Shown in pieces: positions 57,052 through 64,000 of a stretch of DNA of 64,000 bases. Source of the stretch: Lachnospiraceae bacterium (GTDB taxonomy: Bacteria; Bacillota; Clostridia; Lachnospirales; Lachnospiraceae); assembly GCA_017438775.1 (NCBI GenBank), contig JAFRUR010000053.1, positions 2,812 to 66,811 of the forward strand, given 5' to 3'. Below the pieces are notes generated by a model. The model was not told the origin of the DNA. It saw only the letters and a program-made list of their open reading frames with translations, and made no database searches. Both the position numbers and the translations under genes were made by a program. The first letter of the stretch is position 1; each line of letters opens with the position of its first letter.

Positions 57052-57137
57052 GGATACTGCATCGCAGCTGAAACCTGTAAACCGCAATCGTAACCTGGGC
57101 ACACGTGCCCGCAATCAACCAAAAAAAGAGGAGTAAT

Positions 57138-58523
57138 ATGAGCGAGAAGAAACAGTTCAAACTTTTCAACCTGCCCTGGCCGATGTTCGTTTTCATTTCG
57201 ATCATCGTCCTGATCTCCGCCTATATCGGTGTCCTTCCTGTCGGTATGGCCGGCTGTTTCGCCTTCATGATCGTCCTCGGTACCTGGCTGGACCTGATCG
57301 GCAACAAGACGCCCATCATCCGCAGCTACTTCGGCGGCGGCGCCATCGTGATCCTGTTCGGTGTCGCCCTGCTGCACTATTTCCACCTGCTTCCCGAGAT
57401 TGTCAATGATGCCCAGGGCAACGCGACGGGCTACATGCAGTTCTGGAAGAGCTTCGACCTCGTCGGCAGCATCAACACCTTCTTCAAGCCGACCGGCGCC
57501 TTCCTTGACTGGTATATCGCCGCGCTGATCACCGGCTCCATCCTCGGCATGAACCGCACCCTGCTGATCAAGGCCGCGTCCCGTTACTTCCCGGCCATCT
57601 TCGGCGGCCTTATCCTCGCGTTCGCCCTTTGCGCCGGTGTTGCGGCGGTCATGGGTTACGGCGCTGTGAAGGCCCTCCTTCTGATCGCCCTGCCTATCAT
57701 GGGCGGCGGCATGGGTGCAGGCGCGTCACCGCTCTCGAAGATCTTCGATGCCTCCGGCACCATGACGGCTGCTGAGGCTCTGAGTGTCATGACGCCCGCT
57801 GTTGCCATCGGCAATGCGCTTTCCATCGTGATTGCCGGTCTGATCGTCAAACTGATCTCCAGCAAGACCTGGAACGGCCAGGGCCAGCTGATGCAGGCCG
57901 GCAGCGTCGATCCCAAGGAACTCGAGATCAGCCCCGAAATGCAGGCGAAGAGAGATAAGCTCTCCCTTGCCAACATGGGCGTCGGCCTGCTTGTCTCCGG
58001 TACGTTCTTTGCCTGGGGCTTCATCTGCAGCAACATCTGGGCCGCGATCTTCCCGAAGGTCACGATCCACGCCTACGCCTTCATGATCATCACGGTTGCC
58101 ATCTTCAAGATCGGCGGCTTCCTTCCTGAGTGGATCGAGATCGCCTGCTATCAGTGGTTCCAGTTCATCATGAAGAACCTCACCAACGTCCTGCTCGTCG
58201 GTATCGGTCTCTGCTACCTGGATATCGGACAGGTCGTCAACAGCTTCTCCATCACCTACCTGATCCTCTGCGGCGTGACCGTTCTCGGCGCGTTCTTCGG
58301 AGCCGGCTTCATCGGCAAGTTTGTCGGCTTCTATCCGGTGGAAGCAGGTATCACCGCCGGCCTCTGCATGTCCAACATGGGCGGCACGGGTGACGTCGCC
58401 GTGCTTTCCGCGGCAGACCGCATGGAGCTGATGCCTTTCGCGCAGATCTCCTCCCGTCTGGGCGGTGCCATCATCCTGCTGCTCGGCTCGCTGATGCTCT
58501 CGATCATGGGAGGCATGCTGTAA
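57138..58523 (+). CDS. 2-hydroxycarboxylate transporter family protein (malate/citrate:cation symporter, MaeN/CitS-like)
   Basis: This polytopic protein has GGGAIV and MGGGMGAGASP reentrant-loop-type motifs. It is adjacent to the malic enzyme gene. Confidence 0.85.
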   Translation: MSEKKQFKLFNLPWPMFVFISIIVLISAYIGVLPVGMAGCFAFMIVLGTWLDLIGNKTPIIRSYFGGGAIVILFGVALLHYFHLLPEIVNDAQGNATGYMQFWKSFDLVGSINTFFKPTGAFLDWYIAALITGSILGMNRTLLIKAASRYFPAIFGGLILAFALCAGVAAVMGYGAVKALLLIALPIMGGGMGAGASPLSKIFDASGTMTAAEALSVMTPAVAIGNALSIVIAGLIVKLISSKTWNGQGQLMQAGSVDPKELEISPEMQAKRDKLSLANMGVGLLVSGTFFAWGFICSNIWAAIFPKVTIHAYAFMIITVAIFKIGGFLPEWIEIACYQWFQFIMKNLTNVLLVGIGLCYLDIGQVVNSFSITYLILCGVTVLGAFFGAGFIGKFVGFYPVEAGITAGLCMSNMGGTGDVAVLSAADRMELMPFAQISSRLGGAIILLLGSLMLSIMGGML

Positions 58524-58534
58524 AAAATCGGCTG

Positions 58535-58563
58535 CTTCAGGCGCCCCTTTGCGGGGCCTGAAG
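58535..58563 (+). terminator. stem-loop after the transporter gene (no clear T-tract)
   Basis: CTTCAGGCgCCC / GGGGCCTGAAG form an imperfect stem. Confidence 0.35.
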
Positions 58564-58737
58564 TGAAGTAAGACGCAGCAGGTTTGCCGCCATAAGCTGT
58601 CCCCCTGTCAGGCACGGAGGCTTATGGCGGCACCTTTTATGAATTTGTCCGGAAGCGCTGCTGCCGTCTGTCGCAGGTCAGACGACCGGGCGTCGGCCCC
58701 GGACGAGGCGTCTGCCAAGGAAGAGAGGTTGGACAAT

Positions 58738-59354
58738 ATGTGGGAAAAAGCCGGACATTGTATCGGGTGCGGTGCCGGAGAGGAGAAAGCCAGGCTTTAC
58801 GATTTTCACGTCCTGACGGTCCGTACTCTGGCTGTCAGAGATCTGGACCGTCACAAGAAGGTGCAGTCCCTCGGCGATTTTGCGGACTTCGCGGTCTGTG
58901 AGGGGTGCGCGGCCAAACGGCTGGCAAAGGACCTGTCGCCCCTTCGTGCGGCGTCCCGCTCCCTGATCGGATTCGGCATTGTCCTTGTTCTGGGCATCGC
59001 CCTGCTTCTGGTCGACTTTCTCGTCCTGAACCGACAGCTGGTATTCCTGATGCTGGGCGCCTTTGCCGTCATCTGCGGCGTCCTGGGACTCGTTTCCAAG
59101 TGGAAGGACGCATCGGAGCGAAGCGAAGAGCTTCGGAAGATGGGAGAGAAGGAAGCCCTGTACGAGGAAGCGTGGGAGGAACTGAAGACCCATGCCCCAA
59201 AAAGGACAAGGATATCGACCTGACCTACATTCCGGTCGACCAGAAGACGATGCAGCGCAAGAACGGGGATCTGATGATCCTTTACGACCTCCTTCCGGAG
59301 ATCGCTCTGCAGGCGTATGACCGGGTGCACCGGGAATACAGCATGAACCGGTGA
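58738..59354 (+). pseudogene. hypothetical Cys-rich/2-TM protein gene with reading frame broken at an A5 run
   Basis: The frame from ATG 58738 stops at 59223. A second frame continues with protein-like sequence KKDKDIDLTYIPVDQKTMQRKNGDLMILYDLLPEIALQAYDRVHREY to 59354. The switch point is CCCCAAAAAGG (A-run 59199-59203). Confidence 0.5.
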
Positions 59355-59504
59355 CCGGCAGAAAAGGATTCATAACGCAGAGGAAATAGTTTTTTATCGG
59401 CATCCCTGCGGAACCATGGCCTTTCCGGCCCGGTTCTGTTCTTCACACAGCCGGCGCACGGAGGACAGCTGCGCCGGTTTTTCACAGGAGAAAGGAGGAG
59501 ACGC

Positions 59505-60224
59505 ATGCGCCTGGACAGGTTTCTCGCGGAGGCCGGAAACGGCACCCGGAGCGAGATCAAAAAGAGCGTACGCGCCGGTGACGTTGCCGTCAACGGCGTC
59601 ATCGAGCGCGATCCGGGCCGTCATGTCGATCCGCAGACGGATGCCGTCACCGTGCGCGGCAGAGCGGTATCGCTGGAGCTTCTCCGGTACTTTCTCATCA
59701 ACAAGCCGGCCGGTGTGGTCACGGCCACGCAGGACAAAAACGCCGGGACCGTGCTGGACCTCATTCCGGCGGAGCTGCGCCGCGGCCTCTATCCCGTGGG
59801 GCGGCTGGATAAGGACACGGAGGGTCTGCTCCTCCTGACGAACGACGGCCCCCTGGGTCATGGACTGCTGTCGCCGCGCCGTCACGTGGAAAAGACCTAC
59901 GCCGCGGTGCTTCGCGTCCCCCTCACGGTAGAGGCGCAGGCGCGGCTTGCGGAAGGCGTGGACATCGGCGATGAGACGCCCACCCTGCCCGCCTCGGTGC
60001 AGGCGACCGAAGACGGCTGCCTTCTGACCATCCGCGAGGGAAGGTATCACCAGGTCAAGCGGATGATGCTGGCCGTCGGGAACGAGGTGCTGCATCTGCG
60101 CCGCGTCTCCATGGGCGGACTCGTTCTGGATTCGGACCTTGTTTCCGGCGGGTACCGGCCCCTCACGGAAGAAGAGGTGCGCGGCCTGTATGAGGCTGCG
60201 GGGATGCCGTTTCCGGACACATAA
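59505..60224 (+). CDS. rsuA: RsuA/RluB-family rRNA pseudouridine synthase (S4 domain plus catalytic domain)
   Basis: MRLDRFLAEAG (S4), GRLDKDTEGLLLLTNDG with the catalytic Asp, and YHQVKRM are present. Confidence 0.9.
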   Translation: MRLDRFLAEAGNGTRSEIKKSVRAGDVAVNGVIERDPGRHVDPQTDAVTVRGRAVSLELLRYFLINKPAGVVTATQDKNAGTVLDLIPAELRRGLYPVGRLDKDTEGLLLLTNDGPLGHGLLSPRRHVEKTYAAVLRVPLTVEAQARLAEGVDIGDETPTLPASVQATEDGCLLTIREGRYHQVKRMMLAVGNEVLHLRRVSMGGLVLDSDLVSGGYRPLTEEEVRGLYEAAGMPFPDT

Positions 60225-60349
60225 GCGGCCCGGTTTGGTGATCGAGTGCGGCACCGCTTTTCTGCTGAAAGGGGCGCGGCGCCGCAGGTTCCGGCAAATG
60301 CAGCGCATGCGCCGTGGACCGGACGGACAGACAAAAGAAAATAACGTAA

Positions 60350-60715
60350 GGCGAGGATATCATCCATTCGGTCTGTTCCCACGGATACGGAATCACGCCC
60401 GCCTGCGGCATCACGGTCGACGTGGAACCTGTCCACGAGATGGAAAAGGTCCTGTTCGCTTCGGATGAGCTGACCGGCCTGATCTGGGCTTCGGCCCTGA
60501 TGCGCCCCTCAAAGAGCACCAAAGACATGGAACTCAAGTCGCTCAAAAAGAAGTACAAGAGCAAGGGGTTTGCCGCGGGCGTATCGCGCGAAGTGATCGA
60601 GCGCGGCGCGCAGATGCTCGGCTGGGATCTGGACAGGCTTCTCGAGATGACGCTGCGGGCGATGGCCGCCTCCGAGGATGCGATCGCCGCAGAAATGGCC
60701 GCTTACGAGGCGTGA
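60350..60715 (+). pseudogene. C-terminal remnant of an HD-superfamily (COG2316-like) hydrolase gene
   Basis: The open frame begins right after TAA 60347-60349. It reads GEDIIHSVCSHGYGI...VEPVHEMEKVLFASDELTGLIWASALMRPSK...AAGVSREVIERGAQMLGW. From memory this matches the C-terminal ~120 aa of ~190-aa HD proteins. The HD-motif half is absent. Confidence 0.45.
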
Positions 60716-60837
60716 GGACGGTATCGGACGATCGTCTGACCGATGCGGAATGACGCGGCGGACATGGGGCCTGACAAGGCTCCGGGAGAGCCGTCCGGAG
60801 GCCCGAAAAACCAACTAGATATTGCGCTTTTGCGGGA

Positions 60838-60870
60838 AAATACCACAACTTATTGTTGTGGTATTTCTTA
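60838..60870. terminator. perfect 12-bp hairpin terminator
   Basis: AAATACCACAAC-ttatt-GTTGTGGTATTT is followed by a T-rich CTTATGTT. Confidence 0.7.
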
Positions 60871-61000
60871 TGTTATGTTATACTGACAAGGAATGTCGGA
60901 ACAAACATTCTTATTTGTGTACGAATAAATCCGGCTGAGTCCCGCAAAAACATCCGATGCGGGCACAGGCCGAAGATCGATCTCAAACCGGAGGAATCAA

Positions 61001-64000
61001 GTGGCAGAGAGAAAGAAAACGTCCGCGGGAACGCGCAGCACGTCGGGGAAGGGTGGAACGGCCGGAAGGTCTGCCGCCTCTTCTTCGCGCACGCGCACCT
61101 CGCGCACGGCCGGAAAACGCACTGTGCCTGCAGAGAGGCCGCCCCGCATCGAGCCGCAGAGGAGCGGCCGTACCCGCACGGAGCGGGCGGCCGAGCGGGA
61201 ACCCCGCCCCACGCTGCGGGAGGAATATGAGGGATCCTTTATTCCCAGGGAGATCGTGCTGCTGATCGCATTTGCGGCCGCGGTACTTCTTGTGCTGAGC
61301 AATTTCCATCTGTGCGGAAAGATCGGAGACCTGCTGTATTCCGTGATGCACGGTCTGTTCGGCATCTTCGGGTACCTGTTCCCTGTGCTGCTGTTCGGCA
61401 TCGCCTTTTTCCTGGTGGCCAATCCCCGCAGCATCAAGGCTAAGATCAAGGCCGCGTCCACGGTGGTCCTGTTCTGGCTGCTCTGCGGTTTTGCCCAGCT
61501 CGTGGCCGGGAACTTTGATCCTTCCGTCACTTACGGCGGATATTACGAACTGGGGCAGAAGGGTCTCACCGGCGGCTTTTTCGGCGGACTGTGGACCAAG
61601 ACCATGCTTCCGGTCTTCAGCGCGATCGGCACCGGCGTTATCCTGCTGGTGCTCATGGCGATCGCTCTTGTTCTGATTTCGGAAAGGTCCCTGATCGGTT
61701 CCGTGAAGGACGGTGCTGTCCGCGCAAAGAACGGCGCCCAGGAATTTCACATGCGCCATCAGGCCGCGCAGGCCCGCGAGCGCATCCGCCGCAGGGCGGA
61801 ACAGCAGCACACCGGCGTGTCCATGGATACCGACCTGAATCCGGACGGCCAGGTCTCTGGAGAGATCCTTCCGGAGGCGGCGCCCCTGCCTTCTCTCAAA
61901 GAAGAGGCTGCGCAGAATCCCGTTTCCGCCGCGGCCGCCGCAGCAGCACAGCCCGCGCCGGAAGTGGATCCGATGGAGGAGATCCTGCGCCGTTTTGACG
62001 ACGACAACTGGAAGAAGCCAGCGCAGCCGGTGCAGCCCGGGCCCGCAGTGACTCCTGTCCGGCCCGTTCAGACGGCGGCTCCGGTGCAGCCGGTTCAGAC
62101 CGCAGCTCCGGTGCAGCCGGTCCGGCCCAGAGACCTGGAGATCCCGGTGCGTCCGGAGGAACTTCCTCCGCCGGAAGTGACCGAGGAGCCCCCGGTCGAA
62201 GTCCATTCCCTGAAAGAGCTTGCCGGTTACGTTCGTGAAGATCCGACCGGCCAGATCCATGCCTCCGATGTGACGGTCCTCCCGGTCTTCTCGGACGGCA
62301 GGGAGAAGGGAGCCATCGACCTGTCCGGCCGCCGCGGCGGATTCTTCTCCGTCCATGCGGTCGAGACTACGGACAACACGGAATACAAGCCCAAGAGCAA
62401 TATCGTGTACGGGGACGTCCCCGAGAGCTCGGAGAAGGCCTACCGGGAGATCCGGCGCCGCGAAGAAGAGCGGTTTGAGCCGGACGATACTGCGCCTCCC
62501 GCAGAGAGCAGCGGTTCCGGCGCGTCGATCGACCGTCCGATCCGTCCTCAGCCCGGAGACGTGACCCCTGCCGCGTCCGTGCGTCCCGCAGGCCCTGCCG
62601 CTGCCTCTGCGGAGCCCGCACAGACGCCGTATCGCCCCGTGAACGATCCCGGGCAGACCGTGCAGCCCGTGCAGCGTCCCGCTTACACAGAACGCCCGGC
62701 AGATCCGGTTCGCCCCGTGCAGGCGCCCATCCGCCCGCAGGAGCAGGTGATCGTGGACTACGATCCCAGAATGTCGGAGGAGAAGGCCGGCGCCCCTGCG
62801 CAGGATCCGGATATCATCCGCAAGACCACAGCCTCGGGCAAGGTGATCGAGGTCGAGAAGAAGGAGAGCATCTTCTCGGACCGCCGCTCCGGAGAGAGTT
62901 CCTCCTCCGGGAAGACCTTCGGCGGACAGCCCCGCACGCAGGGCGCTGCCGCGGCACAGCCCGCAAAGCCTGTTCAGACGCCTCCGCCCGTGAAAAAGAA
63001 GCCGCGCCGTCCGTATGTGGCTCCGTCCCTGAATCTGCTCAAGCAGGGCGACAAGAACAACGGCGGCATGACCAAGGAGGCCCTGCGCGAGACTGCGTCC
63101 AAACTCCAGTCGACCCTGCAGAGCTTCGGCGTCGGCGTGCGCATCACCGACATCAGCTGCGGACCCACCGTCACGCGGTATGAGCTGCAGCCCGACCAGG
63201 GTGTCAAGGTCTCGAAGATCACCCAGCTGCAGGACGACATCAAACTGAGCCTCGCCGCGGCGGACGTCCGCATCGAGGCCCCGATCCCGGGCAAGAGCGC
63301 GGTCGGCATCGAGGTGCCCAACTCCACCAACCAGACCGTTTTCCTGCGCGATATTCTGGAGTCGGAGGCCTTCCGCAAGCATCCGTCCAAGGTTGCCTTC
63401 GCCGTGGGACGCGACATCGGCGGACAGGCCGTGGTCACGGATATCTCCCGCATGCCGCACCTGCTGATCGCCGGCGCCACGGGCTCCGGTAAATCGATCT
63501 GCATCAACACCCTGATCATGAGTATCCTGTACAAGGCCTCACCTGAGCAGGTCAAACTGATCATGATCGATCCCAAGGTCGTGGAACTCGGAATCTACAA
63601 CGGCATCCCGCACCTGATGGTGCCCGTCGTCACGGATCCCAAGAAGGCCTCCGGCGCGCTCAAGTGGGCCGTGGCCGAGATGACCGACCGCTACAGGAAG
63701 TTCGCGGAACTGAACGTCCGCGATCTGCGCTCCTATAACGAGAAGATGCGCGAAAAGCGCGCGGAGGGCGACACCGACGCGGCGGAGCTGCCCATGGTGG
63801 TCATCATCGTGGATGAGTTCGCGGACCTTATGATGGTCGCGCCCGGAGAGGTGGAAGATTCGGTCTGCCGCCTCGCGCAGATGGCGCGCGCCGCGGGCAT
63901 GCACCTGGTGCTGGCCACGCAGAGGCCGTCCGTGAACGTCATCACGGGCCTGATCAAGGCCAACGTGCCGTCCCGCATCGCCCTGGCCTGCTCGAGCAGC
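61001..64000 (+). CDS. ftsK: DNA translocase FtsK/SpoIIIE (3' end beyond window)
   Basis: GTG 61001 lies 6 nt after GGAGGA. The layout is a basic N-terminus, TM segments ([15 protein letters not shown]...), a long Pro/Ala/Gln-rich linker, then the motor domain. The motor has Walker [11 protein letters not shown] (from ~63467), [12 protein letters not shown] and LATQRPS. The frame is open to the last base. Confidence 0.92.
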   Translation, partial: MAERKKTSAGTRSTSGKGGTAGRSAASSSRTRTSRTAGKRTVPAERPPRIEPQRSGRTRTERAAEREPRPTLREEYEGSFIPREIVLLIAFAAAVLLVLSNFHLCGKIGDLLYSVMHGLFGIFGYLFPVLLFGIAFFLVANPRSIKAKIKAASTVVLFWLLCGFAQLVAGNFDPSVTYGGYYELGQKGLTGGFFGGLWTKTMLPVFSAIGTGVILLVLMAIALVLISERSLIGSVKDGAVRAKNGAQEFHMRHQAAQARERIRRRAEQQHTGVSMDTDLNPDGQVSGEILPEAAPLPSLKEEAAQNPVSAAAAAAAQPAPEVDPMEEILRRFDDDNWKKPAQPVQPGPAVTPVRPVQTAAPVQPVQTAAPVQPVRPRDLEIPVRPEELPPPEVTEEPPVEVHSLKELAGYVREDPTGQIHASDVTVLPVFSDGREKGAIDLSGRRGGFFSVHAVETTDNTEYKPKSNIVYGDVPESSEKAYREIRRREEERFEPDDTAPPAESSGSGASIDRPIRPQPGDVTPAASVRPAGPAAASAEPAQTPYRPVNDPGQTVQPVQRPAYTERPADPVRPVQAPIRPQEQVIVDYDPRMSEEKAGAPAQDPDIIRKTTASGKVIEVEKKESIFSDRRSGESSSSGKTFGGQPRTQGAAAAQPAKPVQTPPPVKKKPRRPYVAPSLNLLKQGDKNNGGMTKEALRETASKLQSTLQSFGVGVRITDISCGPTVTRYELQPDQGVKVSKITQLQDDIKLSLAAADVRIEAPIPGKSAVGIEVPNSTNQTVFLRDILESEAFRKHPSKVAFAVGRDIGGQAVVTDISRMPHLLIAGATGSGKSICINTLIMSILYKASPEQVKLIMIDPKVVELGIYNGIPHLMVPVVTDPKKASGALKWAVAEMTDRYRKFAELNVRDLRSYNEKMREKRAEGDTDAAELPMVVIIVDEFADLMMVAPGEVEDSVCRLAQMARAAGMHLVLATQRPSVNVITGLIKANVPSRIALACSSS

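Noticed and set aside
60894-60908. LexA-like box GGAACAAACATTCT upstream of ftsK.
   Set aside because: It has three mismatches to CGAAC-N4-GTTCG, including one in the conserved GTTC half-site. That is too weak compared with the uvrB box.

Overview
This window is a high-GC, Firmicutes/Clostridia-type chromosomal segment. The assignment rests on CodY, split transketolase, a DUF1385-prmC-prfA block, extended -10 promoters and a tmRNA tag ending in FALAA. It is almost entirely core housekeeping and mostly plus-strand. The main blocks are purA and mutY; ilvE and tkt; pyrBI and trkA; comM-dprA-topA-codY; uvrBA; rho-rpmE-prmC-prfA-secG-smpB; ssrA; tRNA-Pro/Glu; rimP-nusA-ylxR-ylxQ-infB-rbfA-nrnA-truB-ribF; rpsB-tsf; a malic enzyme plus 2-hydroxycarboxylate transporter pair; and a 3'-truncated ftsK. 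I saw no transposase, integrase, prophage, CRISPR array or recognisable defence genes. RNA features readable by eye are a minus-strand cobalamin riboswitch at the left edge, tmRNA and two tRNAs, plus several near-consensus promoters and intrinsic terminators. The most unusual items are listed here. (1) An ECF-type sigma factor is translationally coupled to a membrane-anchored protein whose extracytoplasmic domain is an inhibitory-type serpin. (2) A ~540-nt G-depleted tract with an 11-unit 9-nt repeat lies upstream of comM, and a T-poor 14/15-nt repeat tract lies between comM and dprA. (3) The ssrA 3' end and flank are duplicated around a 147-nt hairpin-rich insert. (4) WalR-like GTAACA direct repeats sit on the promoter of an NlpC/P60 peptidase. 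(5) There is one frameshifted gene and one N-terminally truncated gene. All product calls come from recognising motifs in the supplied translations. No database search was run, and start codons were chosen by RBS inspection.
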